Source of the DNA: Vicingaceae bacterium
GTDB taxonomy: Bacteria; Bacteroidota; Bacteroidia; Flavobacteriales_E; Vicingaceae
Direction of reading: 5' to 3'
Assembly (NCBI GenBank): GCA_026003395.1
Contig: BPHE01000009.1
Coordinates: forward strand, 5,528 to 69,527
DNA: 64,000 nucleotides
In this document: piece by piece, positions 33,080 through 44,497 of the stretch
How the letters are laid out: each line of letters begins with the position of its first letter
How positions within the stretch are numbered: position 1 is the stretch's first letter
The notes under the pieces: model-generated
The model's input: only the letters and a program-made list of their open reading frames with translations
Told to the model about the DNA's origin: nothing
The model's database searches: none
Made by a program: the position numbers and the translations under genes

Positions 33080-33293
33080 AACAATTTGATTTTAAATTAT
33101 TTTACAAGGATATAAAAAAACTTTTAAATAAAAAAATTTAAAATTTTACACACCATATTTATTTTGTAAAAATTCAAATAATACAATGCTTGAGGAAGAG
33201 GAGATTTTTTATGAGGGAGAATTTTTTTGCCCGGCAGTTCTTCACGTCTTTTACTACCTTTCGCGGTCATGCTCCCATATCTTGAAGAGGCCA

Positions 33294-35717
33294 CTACCGC
33301 ACATTTGCCTGAAAATTGATTTTATAGTAAAAAAGGGGTAAAAAGCCCAATTGATAGTTGAGTTTGATGGGAGGTCTGTCTGTGCCTTGCACCGGCGCAA
33401 ATGTGTAGTTTAATATGTTTCTCCGGTTGGTGACATTGATCAGGTCTATGCCTATCTCGTGGGAAGCTTTGGGATTATTTACCAGGAAATTTATTTTAAA
33501 ATCCAATCTTAAATAAGGCGGAAATTGAAATTGGTTATATAAGCTGTCACTGAAAATGATTTCGCGTTCGGCAAAAGTTCTCAAAGTGTCGATGATTCCG
33601 TATCTACGGCTGCCGGCATAAGTAAACTTCGTGCCTATGTTCAATGTGCTTTTTTTTCCAGCTTTAAAAGTTTTGCCTGCCAAAAAATTGAAAATATACC
33701 TACCATTGAAGTCGGTGTTTCTCCATTTTCCGTCACTTGCTTTATATTTTGAATCATAGAGGGTAAGCGTAGACATTAAAAAATATTTGCCATACACAAA
33801 TTTTTCGAATGTAAATTCTACTCCCGTATTGTATCCTGTGCCTTTGTTTGTCAGTTCCGAAGGGAAAAACCTGCTGAAACTGCTGCCTTGATTTACCAAA
33901 GAAAATGCAGAAGGTTTCACTTCAACCGGAATATCGAAAAGATATTGATAATAAATTTCGGCTCTGAATCTGAACTTGCCCTGATAGGTATATCCTACCA
34001 CGTTGTGATGGCTTTTCATAGGTCCCACGTGTTGATTGATGATTCTCCGCCTGCCGCTGCTGTCGGGCTGAAGGTAAAAATACACATAAAAAGGAATGAT
34101 TTGTGAGTGCAAACCCATTCCGGCTGAAAGCATGTGTTTGGAATTTATTTTGAATTGCCAACCCACACGAGGTTCCGGAAACGAATAAGTGCTGTTGTAG
34201 CCAAAATATAATCCATGCAGGCCGAAGGTTATATCTTGTTTTTCATTGATGGAATGCAGTGCCTGTATGTAGGGTTGAACAATATAGGTGTTTTTGTTGG
34301 TATTCCATCTGACTTCCCAATGGGGCGGTGTTTCATAAAACTGACTGTCGTTGAAAAGTAATTGATAAAACTCTGCCACTACACCGGCTTTAATCCACCA
34401 ACGGGCAGCCGGACGGTAACTTGCATAGGCATGATCGGCTATTTTATTTTGTGTAAAATGAAAATAGAGATAATCATACACACTATCGATGACAAACATG
34501 CCATTGTTATCGACATGCCGGGCAATGTATTGGTGAAAGGCGTGCTGGTTTTCGTGTGAGATGGCCAGGGTGTTTTTAAACAACCATTTTTCGTTTACCG
34601 GATGGGTATACACAGCTCCGATTGTAGCCATGCGTGTGCCAAAGTATTGGTCCCGGTCATTTTGTCCGTAAAGATCTATCTCCGAAGTATCTTTTTGTCG
34701 GCTGATCACAATGTCTATATCGCTTTTGCCGGCAAGTCCGAAGACAGATATTGATTTACCGTCGTTTAAAGGGAAATTCAATTTGAAATTAAGATCCTGG
34801 TAACGTGGAACGGCATTGGTGCCAATGTCGATGCCTGCACCGCTGAAAAGGGCAAGGGTCGAATAACGGTAGGCCGCAAGATATGATGATTTTTGTTTTT
34901 TGATGGGCCCTTCAGCGGCGAGCTCTGTTCCCAGAAAACCAAATTGCGTGGTAAACTCGTGTTTTTCATTGTTGCCATTGCGGAGCTTCAGATCAAACAC
35001 AGCGGCAATGGCATTGCCAAATTCGGCAGGAAATGCCCCGGAATAAAAGTCCGAGTTGGCCAATGTTTTGTTATTGATGATGGTTACGGGCCCGCCTGTG
35101 CTGCCCGATACGGCAAAGTGGTTCGGATTGGGAATGGGTATGCCCTCCACTCTCCATAAAACGCCCAGAGGCGAATTTCCTCTCACCACGATATCGTTTC
35201 GGCTGTCGTCTGCGCCTTGAACTCCCGCATAATTTGCCACCATTCTTGCAGGATCAAAACGGCTGCCGACATACAACTCCGATTCTTCCACCGAGAATGT
35301 GCGGGCACTGACCACGGCCATCGGGTCGTTGCTCTGTATGCCTCTTTCTGCGGTAACTTCCACACTTTCCAATGCAATTGCCGAGGGCTGCAATGAAAAT
35401 TGCAACATCCTGTCTTTCCCTGCATTGACCTGTATGCCGTATTCAATATGTGTCTGGTATCCGATAAACGAAACAGAAATTTTGTATATGCCCGGATACA
35501 CATTGTCTATTTTGAACTGTCCGTTTTCGTCAGACGAAACGCATTTGACAAGGGTGGTATCTTTCAATAAGCAAACGTTGGCAAAAGGCAATGGTTGTTG
35601 GGTGGCTGCTTCTGTCACACGTCCTTTGATGGATTGTTGTGCCAAAACCCAAAACGGAAATAAAAATAAAACACTCAAAAATGCTGATGTAATTTTCTGT
35701 ATTGTAAACATGGTCAA
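33294..35717 (-). CDS. TonB-dependent receptor with carboxypeptidase-like regulatory N-domain
   Basis: Signal peptide, IKGRV...FANV...SFIGY, plug RNDIVVRGNSPLG...NPNHF...GAFPAEFGN. Confidence 0.88.
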   Translation of the reverse strand: MTMFTIQKITSAFLSVLFLFPFWVLAQQSIKGRVTEAATQQPLPFANVCLLKDTTLVKCVSSDENGQFKIDNVYPGIYKISVSFIGYQTHIEYGIQVNAGKDRMLQFSLQPSAIALESVEVTAERGIQSNDPMAVVSARTFSVEESELYVGSRFDPARMVANYAGVQGADDSRNDIVVRGNSPLGVLWRVEGIPIPNPNHFAVSGSTGGPVTIINNKTLANSDFYSGAFPAEFGNAIAAVFDLKLRNGNNEKHEFTTQFGFLGTELAAEGPIKKQKSSYLAAYRYSTLALFSGAGIDIGTNAVPRYQDLNFKLNFPLNDGKSISVFGLAGKSDIDIVISRQKDTSEIDLYGQNDRDQYFGTRMATIGAVYTHPVNEKWLFKNTLAISHENQHAFHQYIARHVDNNGMFVIDSVYDYLYFHFTQNKIADHAYASYRPAARWWIKAGVVAEFYQLLFNDSQFYETPPHWEVRWNTNKNTYIVQPYIQALHSINEKQDITFGLHGLYFGYNSTYSFPEPRVGWQFKINSKHMLSAGMGLHSQIIPFYVYFYLQPDSSGRRRIINQHVGPMKSHHNVVGYTYQGKFRFRAEIYYQYLFDIPVEVKPSAFSLVNQGSSFSRFFPSELTNKGTGYNTGVEFTFEKFVYGKYFLMSTLTLYDSKYKASDGKWRNTDFNGRYIFNFLAGKTFKAGKKSTLNIGTKFTYAGSRRYGIIDTLRTFAEREIIFSDSLYNQFQFPPYLRLDFKINFLVNNPKASHEIGIDLINVTNRRNILNYTFAPVQGTDRPPIKLNYQLGFLPLFYYKINFQANVR

Positions 35718-38700
35718 TTAATCTTTTTTTACAGGAAACGTCAAAATAAACTCTGTTCCTTTGTTTTCTTCGGTTGTAAAAATAATATTCCCTCCGAAAT
35801 TTTCCACAATCATTCTGACCATTGCCAGTCCGAGCCCCATTCCTGCCGATTTGGTTGTGAAATTGGGTTGGAAAATCTTATCCCTGATGTTTTCGGGAAT
35901 TCCCAAGCCATTGTCTTTTACCGATATCACAAGGTGTTTGCCCGTGTTTTTCAATTGAATGGCAATGTGGCCTTCACGGTCCTCCGGAATGGCTTGAATG
36001 GCATTTTGTATCAGGTTGTTCATCATTCGGACGAAATAATCTTTGTCACCGGTGATAAAAGTTTGTGTCGATGCTTCGTCGGTATTGAGCGATATGGTTA
36101 CGTGAGCAGTTTGATGCAAGGGAATGATATTTTGCAAAAGTTCATAAGGACAGATGGGGGAGGGACGGTAGTTGGGCATTTTGGCAAATGTGGAAAACTC
36201 TCCGGCGATATGCGCCAGAGTGTCGATTTGTTCAATCAGTTGAGGTATGGTTTGTTTGATTCGTTCCAACACATCCGGGTCGTGGTTGTCTATCGATCTT
36301 TGCAACAATTGCAATTTAAGTTTCATCGGTGTCAATGGGTTTTTGATTTCGTGGGCTACTTGTTTGGCCATTTCTCTCCAGGCAGTTTCTCTTTCTGTGC
36401 GCGACAATTCCTCAACGCTTTTGGCCAGTTCTTTCACTTTGTTATTATAGGCCTCTATCAAACTGCCAATCTCATCTTTTTCTTTCCAATCGATTAATTC
36501 ATTAGATCCGGAGAGTTGTAATTTGATGATTCTGTTTTTGAGCAATTCGAGCGGACGGGTTAACCATCCCGTAATAAAATAGGAAGCAACCGCAATCAAA
36601 ATAAACATCATCATAAAGATATTGATGAATCTTGATAAATACAAGTTTAACTCTTTTTCCAAATCTTTTTGTTTTGAAAAAAATGGCAGGTTTAACCATG
36701 CAATTATTTCGGATTTTTGATTGAACAAAGGGGTGTAGTAAGAAAAAAATTCCTGTTGTCCCAAACGCTCCTTAATCAAATAATCGGTTTTCATTTCGAA
36801 TTTCATGGCATCTAAGGCCTTACGGTTCATCAACGGACCTGTTAGTCCGGCCCGGAAAACTTCATTCCTTGAAGTGGCATATAGAAAACCGTCGGTCGTG
36901 TAGATATGGATATCTACAAAAAACAAGTTCGACAGTTTGGAAAGAAAGAAATCGAGGTAGGAATCCGGAAGGTTTGTCAGATTGCCGTTGGGTTCAATCT
37001 TTTCCATCAGTTCTGTTTTGATGGAACCCGATTTTTCTTTGATTTGAGAGAAAAACCTTTGAAAATACTGCTCTTTTACCGAAGTATTGACAAAGTAAAT
37101 TAACATGCCCGTAAAAATTATCAAGATGGCGATCATCGACCATTGCAATTTTGCTCCGAAACCACCGGAGAAAATTTTGGGCAATTCAAGTATTTGTCCG
37201 TAAAATGATCCGGTGATTAAATAAAACAATATACCGGCAAAATAAAACATAGAAAAAAGTGAAAGCAGGTCAGTGGTGCTCAATCTTGCATAAGCCACAC
37301 CAATGGTTACTATTTCGTTGCGTTCAAAAAGTACATGAAAAGATGAATGATCCGTGTCAATTGTTTGGGCGGGTTTAACGGGAAACGAATAATCGCCCAC
37401 CGAGTATTCTATATGATTATTGACATATTTGGCAAACGACAATCCGGGAATGTTGGGAGGTGAGATACCCGGCACATCTTTTATGAGCAATTCCGGAAAA
37501 CCTTCGTATTGCCAGTTGAGTTTTAAATAAAATTCCAGAAAAATTTTTCCTTTATTTGAGAACTTGTCTATTACCGTAATTTCCGAAACATAGGTTACAT
37601 TACCCTCGCTGCGGTAGGCATAATTGAGCCGGTTGCTTTTTAAAATGCCCTTAAACAGAGTATTGTGAAAGTAGGGGATACATGCAGTCAGGCGATTGTC
37701 AGGTTGAATGACCAATGAATCGTTTTCATCGCAATAAGTCACTCTGATGCGGTATTTGTTCCAAAAACCCTGAAAATACTTCTCTTCCAAATAATTTTTA
37801 AAAAAATCGGGATGCAACCAAAAAGTATGTATGCTATCGGCAATCAAAGGGTCTTGTTGTATTCTTGTGGCTATGTCGGGAAATAAAAATTCCGCCACAG
37901 GGTCGCGGTTATCTGCCAATTTTTGGGCAAATAAACGGGCATTGTCTTGTTCTGAGGTATTTATGGCCCGGGTTAGATAAATTGTAAGCGACAAGCAGGC
38001 CGGAATAAGCAAGGCAAAAATGCTTCTGAAATATTCTTGTAGAGGCCTGTTGCCAGTAGGCATCACGATAAATGCAAGGTGTAATGGCCAAATAATCGAT
38101 AACCACAGATTTTGGGCATAAGCAAATACAGTAAAGACCAAAATCGATATAGCCAAAAAAGTATATTTCAATGTGTTGGAAAATTTGTTCATAATGATAC
38201 CGGAAATCACTCTGATAGAGATGATCCAAATCAATAGTGGAATTAATAAAATAAAGGCAGCTGTAATGGAGTATTTGTCAAGAAGGTAAAATTTATCGAA
38301 TCTCAAGGATATATTGTTGTTGAAAAGAAACTGATGCCATTCAAAATTTATGATAATACCGGTAAGAATAAAAAATACGAACAACAAAATTTTTTGAAAA
38401 TTGCGGAAACGGACAATGGTTTTAAAAACCGTCAATATATACATTGTCGTATATCCAAAGACAATCAAGTTAAACAATAACTGACCCGGAGATTGCTGCC
38501 ATTCGTTGTAGGCATAGATTTGAGGGGAAAACCATTCGTCCCGGATATAATTCCATGGAAATTCCAATAACTGCAACAGCAACCAAACAAAAGAATAAAT
38601 CAACCAACCGGCATTTTGAATTGCAGGTTTTTCATGATAGCTGTAAAAAATATAGATCAAGTGGAATAAAAGAACTAACAATATGAAAAATATACATATA

Positions 38701-39285
38701 ATCCCTTTTTTTAAATTTGTGGCAATGGGGTTTTCTAAGATCGATGTAAGGCAATTGCAGGTTATGATGTTTGATAAAAAAAAGATTTTGTGTGTTTTGA
38801 CGGTCAGGAAAAAATTTTAATTGTACATTTTCGTAAATATTTTCATTGAGTTGATTTTTCAAATACTTGTTCTCAAACGGATATTGATGATGAATAAGAA
38901 ACAATGCTGTGAATGTTTTGGAGGAAATATTTTTTTGTTTTACGTAATATAATCCGTTTTGAATAAACATACAAGTATCTAAATCGTTGTGAGGAAGTAG
39001 GCGTGGATCAATGTCGTGGTTGTTCCATGTGACGATTTCGCCTTTATTTGAAATAAAAAACAAGTAATCATTGGAGGGAATCGATTGTTTTTCGATGAAT
39101 GCAGGAAAAGATTCTTGCAGGGTCAGGATTTTTTCTAAAATCTTACGGGTGATTTTTTGTGCCAAATATGTATCGGTAACCGGCTTTATCTTGTTCCAAT
39201 AGATGATCGACAAAATGTTACCTGTCAACAGAATCAATACGATACCAAAAAATAAATGTTTATGTCGAAGCATCAAATTTTGCAT
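35718..39285 (-). CDS. Large multi-TM HAMP sensor histidine kinase (NtrY-like), split by a +1 insertion near 38727-38734
   Basis: HAMP (TRPL...DEIGSL), H-box WREMAKQVAHEIKNPLTP, N/G boxes DNGLGI and GMGLGL. Frames join as DLRKPIATNLKKGIICIFF. Confidence 0.9.
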
Positions 39286-39420
39286 CTTCGGTCAATCTAA
39301 TTGCGAAAGTAAGAAAATAAACGGGATACTTTTCGGTTTAAATTCCAAACGCAAAGTGCATAAATTTTTCACCGAACCGGATATGAAATTTTGTAAAAGA
39401 ACAATTCAGAAACCACAAGA

Positions 39421-41244
39421 TTAACGTTGTTGTTCCTGTTCAAGGTGTTGTAGGATCACTGCAGCCAGTTTTTGGCCGGTAATTTTGGCCAATTCTTCAA
39501 AACCGGATTTTTTGATCTGTTCTATAGAACCGAAAGTTTGAATGAGTTTTGAGGCAGTTTTTTCGCCTACGCCGGGAATTTTTGTCAATTGTGTCCGGAT
39601 GGCCTTAACATCTCTTTTTCTTCTGTGATGGCTGATGGCAAAACGGTGTGCTTCATTTCGGATATGTTGCAATAGTTTCAAAGAGGGTGATTTTTTGTCG
39701 AGATAAAGTGGGTAAGGATCACCGGGAAAATAAATTTCCTCCAATCTTTTGGCTATTGACACAATACTGATTTTACCTCTCAATTGCAGCTCGTTCAACG
39801 CTTCAAGAGCGGCGTTTAATTGCCCTTTGCCTCCATCGATGACGATCAATTGAGGCAGTGGCTCATTTTCGTCAAGCAATCTTTTGTAACGGCGATACAC
39901 CACCTCTTTCATCGTGGAAAAATCATCCGGTCCTTCGACGGTTTTGACATTGAAATGTCTGTAATCTTTTTTGGAAGGCCTGCCGTATTTGAAAACCACG
40001 CAAGATGAAACAGCATATGTTCCCTGGATATTCGAATTGTCAAAACATTCTATATGTGTGGGTACTTCATTGATACGTAAATCCTCTTTCAGGCGGATCA
40101 AAATCTCCGGAATCGATTTGGCTTTTTCGGATGTAGTTTTTCTCAACAACCAATCCATGTAAAATTGGCGGGCATTTTTGTAGGACAATTCCAACAAACG
40201 GCTTTTTTCTCCTCCCTTTGGTACGGTTATTTTGGTGTTTTCAGGCGACCAATTGATTTCCTGGGGTACGATTACTTCTTTTGCTTCCGATAGGAATATC
40301 TGTCTGCACTCAAACAAAACTTGAGGGATTAAATCTTCCGGTTCTTCATCGGTGATTGCCTCCAGGTGTAGGTTGTATGACTGAACAACACGACCGTCTT
40401 CAACCTTTAAGTAATTGAAAAAATAATGCGTCTGGTCGCGGTGATAGGTTATTACATCTAAATGTCCAAGGTGGGCTGAAACAACAGTGCTTTTGTGTTG
40501 GTAATCATCCAAAATTTGTATTTGACGTTTTACTTCTTCTGCTTTTTCGAATTCCCATTTATCGGCCAGTTCCTCCATTTTTTTTTGCAACGATTCTTTC
40601 AACGGATCTATTTTACCTTTGATGATTTGTTTGGCACTTTCTATTTCTTCTAAATAATCTTGTTCTGATTGTTTGCCGGCACACGGGGCTTTGCATTTTC
40701 CGATGTGATATTCCAGGCACGGTCTGTAGCGGTTTTCCCGGATTTTTTCCGGACTTAGGTCAAGTTTGCATGTGCGTAGATGAAACATTTCCCTGATTAA
40801 ATGCATTAAAGATCGCATGGTGATGACCGAGGCAAAAGGACCAAATTTTTCGCCTTTAAATTTTTGGTGTTGCCTTGTGCTGATTATTCTTGGAAAATTT
40901 TCTTTGACAATGACAATCCATGGATAGGATTTATCATCTTTAAGATTTACATTATATCGCGGCTGAAGTTTTTTTATCAAATTATTTTCCAGCAAAAGTG
41001 CTTCCCACTCGCTTGCAACTACTATGTAATCAAAAAAGCGTATTTTTTTTACCAGTAATTTTAACCGTGCTGAGGTGTGTTCTTTTTGGAAATAGGACGA
41101 AACTCTTTTTCTGAGATTTTTTGCTTTACCCACATATAGAATGGTTTTGTTTTGATCATAAAAACGGTAAACCCCCGGTTTCTCAGGTATCAATGCGAGA
41201 TTCTTTTCAACATCTGATCGGATATCGAAAAGATTTTCATTCAT
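39421..41244 (-). CDS. uvrC: Excinuclease ABC subunit C
   Basis: GIY-YIG (PGVYRF...YVGKAKNLRKRV), IECFDNSN, IDGGKGQL, HhH IPGVG. Confidence 0.97.
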   Translation of the reverse strand: MNENLFDIRSDVEKNLALIPEKPGVYRFYDQNKTILYVGKAKNLRKRVSSYFQKEHTSARLKLLVKKIRFFDYIVVASEWEALLLENNLIKKLQPRYNVNLKDDKSYPWIVIVKENFPRIISTRQHQKFKGEKFGPFASVITMRSLMHLIREMFHLRTCKLDLSPEKIRENRYRPCLEYHIGKCKAPCAGKQSEQDYLEEIESAKQIIKGKIDPLKESLQKKMEELADKWEFEKAEEVKRQIQILDDYQHKSTVVSAHLGHLDVITYHRDQTHYFFNYLKVEDGRVVQSYNLHLEAITDEEPEDLIPQVLFECRQIFLSEAKEVIVPQEINWSPENTKITVPKGGEKSRLLELSYKNARQFYMDWLLRKTTSEKAKSIPEILIRLKEDLRINEVPTHIECFDNSNIQGTYAVSSCVVFKYGRPSKKDYRHFNVKTVEGPDDFSTMKEVVYRRYKRLLDENEPLPQLIVIDGGKGQLNAALEALNELQLRGKISIVSIAKRLEEIYFPGDPYPLYLDKKSPSLKLLQHIRNEAHRFAISHHRRKRDVKAIRTQLTKIPGVGEKTASKLIQTFGSIEQIKKSGFEELAKITGQKLAAVILQHLEQEQQR

Positions 41245-42284
41245 TTTGTGAAAAATCTATGAAGGGCAAAAATGCCCATTGCCCATAAAATAAATCCTCC
41301 CAGTTGATGAAGTGAAGCTAACAACAATGGAGTGTGCATCAATAATGTGGTGACCCCCAGTATGAATTGTAGCAGAAGTGCTAAACCAATCCAACGTATG
41401 GAGTTGGTTTGGGATTTGGAAAGGAGTTGTTTCCGGGATTTAAGCCAAACTATCGTCCAGATAACAAAAAGTAGATATGGAATATGCCTATGGATAAATT
41501 GTACCCCCGCAATATTTTCAACCCAATTTTTCCAAAAGGGCTGCATGGCCGTGACGGCATCGGCCATCCATTGCCCCCTTGAATTGTCCATTAGAGGCCA
41601 GTCGTTAAAAACAAAGCCGGCATCAAGACCGGCCACGAAGGCACCATAAATGATTTGTAAAAACAGCAAAACGTTAAAGACAACAAGCCATTTCCCAATG
41701 CCGGGATTGCGTTGATGGTTGATTTCTAATTTTTCTTCAAAGCCAATCGACAGCAACAACCAAAGGTTATATGCAAACGTGATGAATGCCGTTCCTAAAT
41801 GCATGGCCAATCTGTAGTGGCTCACATCCGGGCGGTCAAGCAGCCCGCTTTGTACCATATACCAACCCAACAATCCTTGCGACAACCCAAGTAACCCCAA
41901 TATCAGTAAGCGTTTGTGCAATGGAGGCAGAATAATTTTCTTCATAGAGAAGTAAATCCATCCTGCAATAAAAATCAATCCCATCAATCGGCCAATCATA
42001 CGATGAATATATTCCCACCAAAAAATTTTTTTAAAATCTTCCAGTGAAAAGTTGAAGTTTACCTGTTTATATTCCGGATATTGTTTGTATTGCTCGAAAA
42101 GGTGCTCCCAATCCGATTGGTTAAATGGCGGAGTAGAACCGAAAAGAGTCCAATCGACCATGCTGAGGCCTGAATGCGTCAATCTGGTGAGCCCCCCAAT
42201 CAAAACCATAACAAAAATCAATACGCATCCTGTAGCTAACCAGATCATAAAACCTTTGTCACGGTATTTTAAAAAACGTCTCAT
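41241..42284 (-). CDS. ctaA: Heme A synthase (COX15/CtaA)
   Basis: GGLTRLTHSGLSM, WWEYIHR, VSHYRL, LHQ; ATGA overlap with gldD. Confidence 0.93.
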   Translation of the reverse strand: MRRFLKYRDKGFMIWLATGCVLIFVMVLIGGLTRLTHSGLSMVDWTLFGSTPPFNQSDWEHLFEQYKQYPEYKQVNFNFSLEDFKKIFWWEYIHRMIGRLMGLIFIAGWIYFSMKKIILPPLHKRLLILGLLGLSQGLLGWYMVQSGLLDRPDVSHYRLAMHLGTAFITFAYNLWLLLSIGFEEKLEINHQRNPGIGKWLVVFNVLLFLQIIYGAFVAGLDAGFVFNDWPLMDNSRGQWMADAVTAMQPFWKNWVENIAGVQFIHRHIPYLLFVIWTIVWLKSRKQLLSKSQTNSIRWIGLALLLQFILGVTTLLMHTPLLLASLHQLGGFILWAMGIFALHRFFTK

Positions 42285-42856
42285 TTCCATTGAAAAGTTT
42301 CAATCAAACGGTATATGTCTGTTTTTAAGTAATCGGCCACAGGTTGAAGAGAGTCGGCATTAGGGACAACATTGAAGTAAAGCGATCCACGCAAAAAATG
42401 TTTGCTGCTGTCAGTTAAATGAAACTGCATGACCGATCCGACATTCCCGGTTAGTTCATAGACCGTTCCGTAGACATGATGCAAAGTGTCGAGAATCAAA
42501 TTTTCTTTGATGTTACCTGCTTTGCTGATATGTTTCATAACAAGCAAACGGCTGTCTTCGGTCAACAACGGCAGGTTGTTATCTACAATTTTGTAACTCA
42601 AATGTATGGTTGCCTTATACCGTGGGATTTCAAGGTTATACCAGCAAAATTCGTCGGTTCTTTTGACAGGATGGGCATAATCCGGAATATCAAAAACAAA
42701 TGGACACAATGTGTCATTAAACGTAAGGTATCTTTTTTCCGGCAAATCTATTCTGAAATATCCTGTTGGTTTCGGGTAAAATCTTTCTTCTTCGACACAA
42801 GCGGTGACGCTGCCTAAAACCAACACAAGCAGGAGAAATAAGTTTATATTAAGCAT
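42281..42856 (-). CDS. gldD: Gliding motility lipoprotein GldD
   Basis: Lipobox VTAC; PKPTGYFRIDLP, QFHLTDSSKHFLRGSLYF, PNADSLQP. Confidence 0.93.
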   Translation of the reverse strand: MLNINLFLLLVLVLGSVTACVEEERFYPKPTGYFRIDLPEKRYLTFNDTLCPFVFDIPDYAHPVKRTDEFCWYNLEIPRYKATIHLSYKIVDNNLPLLTEDSRLLVMKHISKAGNIKENLILDTLHHVYGTVYELTGNVGSVMQFHLTDSSKHFLRGSLYFNVVPNADSLQPVADYLKTDIYRLIETFQWK

Positions 42857-42860
42857 ACTG

Positions 42861-42868
42861 CAAAAGTA
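42861..42868 (-). promoter_or_regulatory. -7 promoter element for gldD-ctaA-uvrC
   Basis: Minus strand TACTTTTG (TAnnTTTG) just upstream of the gldD start. Confidence 0.6.
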
Positions 42869-42944
42869 ATAAAAGAATCGGGCGCATGGATGGTTTTATT
42901 TAATTCCCGAGCTGTATTAAATTTTTTTAAAACTCAATTCAAAG

Positions 42945-43451
42945 ATGTTTGGTTCATTTGCATTCACTATATTTGTAATGACAATAAACATAGATTTCAT
43001 GAACGACAATAAAACCTTATTGCAATTGTTTAATTTTCAATTTGTCAATTTTGAAAAAGAAATAATGCAAACACCTGAGGAGCATCTTTGGCGAATTATG
43101 CCGGGTATTAGAAATTCAATAGGTCATTTATGCTTGCACATATGTGGAAATCTAAGGCACTTTATAGGTAAAGAATCTGGAGGGATTGATTATGTGAGAG
43201 ACCGTGAAAGAGAATTTAATTCACCTGCCATAGAAAAAAATCTATTGTTGGATGAAATAAAAACAACCGGTCAAACTGTTGAAAAAGTTCTTTCAAAACT
43301 TTCACCGGAAATTCTGGAAGAACAAATAATTATTTCCTTTCTGCCTTTTTCCCTGACCAAAGGTCAATTTATCATACATTTACTATCGCACATGGCATAT
43401 CACATAGGGCAAATTAACTATTTGCGAAGAATACTTGCCGGAACGCAATAA
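42945..43451 (+). CDS. DinB/DUF1572 family protein
   Basis: NSIGHLCLHICGN, RDREREF, HMAYHIGQI; true start probably 42999. Confidence 0.85.
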   Translation: MFGSFAFTIFVMTINIDFMNDNKTLLQLFNFQFVNFEKEIMQTPEEHLWRIMPGIRNSIGHLCLHICGNLRHFIGKESGGIDYVRDREREFNSPAIEKNLLLDEIKTTGQTVEKVLSKLSPEILEEQIIISFLPFSLTKGQFIIHLLSHMAYHIGQINYLRRILAGTQ

Positions 43452-43487
43452 ATTTTTTATTCAGGCGTTTTCAAAAGAAAAACTACT

Positions 43488-44249
43488 ATGAAAACGCCGA
43501 AACAAATTTTGCAAAAAACCGGACGTACAATTTTGTTTCAAACAGGGCTTATTATTTCTTTGTCTTTTGTTTATATTGCCATGGAAAGCCGTTGGGCCAC
43601 AACTCCCATGATTCTGAATCCAACCAATACGCTGGATATTGATGATTGGGAAATACCCATTACCATCATTGAAACTCCTAAAAATCAAAAAGTAGAGGAA
43701 CCACAAAAGGTTACCAAAAAGTTGATTGCAAATATTCGTCCTGATGTCAAACCTGCCATGTTTGACAATAAAACGGATAACAGCCGGGATAATCATACCA
43801 ATGATCAAACAACCAATGATCAAAAAATTACACCAATTGACGAAAATGTCACCAACCGGCAAAACATAGATTATATAGAAACGCCCGAATTTCTTCATGT
43901 AGAAGTTTGGCCCAGACACAAATCATGTAAAGACATCGTTGAAAATGAAAAAGCAAAAAGTTGTCTGGAACAAAAATTATATGAATATTTTGAAAAATAC
44001 ATTGACAGGAGTTTTCCACGATACATGCAAAAAAGAGAAGAAAAATTGTATGTAGAAATTGTCATTGACCATCAAGGAAAATTGAGCCGCTTTAAAATTG
44101 TAAAATCCGATAATGAAAAGTTAAGTGAATTGACGTCCAAAGCATTTGAAAAATTGATAGACAAGCATGGAGATGAATTTATTTCAGGGAAAAACAATGG
44201 AAGACAAGTAGCCACAAAATTTTATATCCCCATAAAGTTCTCGAGGTAA
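43488..44249 (+). CDS. TonB-like energy transducer
   Basis: N-terminal TM (GLIISLSFV), polar linker, C-terminal TonB_C-like VIDHQG...GKNNGRQV...IPIKF. Confidence 0.7.
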   Translation: MKTPKQILQKTGRTILFQTGLIISLSFVYIAMESRWATTPMILNPTNTLDIDDWEIPITIIETPKNQKVEEPQKVTKKLIANIRPDVKPAMFDNKTDNSRDNHTNDQTTNDQKITPIDENVTNRQNIDYIETPEFLHVEVWPRHKSCKDIVENEKAKSCLEQKLYEYFEKYIDRSFPRYMQKREEKLYVEIVIDHQGKLSRFKIVKSDNEKLSELTSKAFEKLIDKHGDEFISGKNNGRQVATKFYIPIKFSR

Positions 44250-44497
44250 TAATCACACCGTCTTCAATATCATAACCCGCAACTTTTAAAAAACTCAAAT
44301 TCTATAAGATAAATTCCTACTTTGAATTTTGACTGTCCTCAGATATTAAGGATTGTCATATAGTAGTTTTCTCCAATATCTTTCAAAAATTGCCAAAAAA
44401 TCCTTGAAAATATTTGCTCTAAAAACGAAACTTAAGGAGTAATTTTTATTTAACCGTGCGCAATTTGAAAGATTTCATGTAAATTTGTTTTAAAAAA

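Noticed and set aside
33180..33293. Relatively GC-rich intergenic stretch as a possible ncRNA
   Set aside because: I could not identify a convincing stem structure or known RNA motif by eye.
38632..39285. Separate 217-aa gene or programmed frameshift ahead of the kinase
   Set aside because: It joins the kinase by one base deletion in a G4/T4 run, the same error pattern seen elsewhere; no programmed-frameshift evidence.
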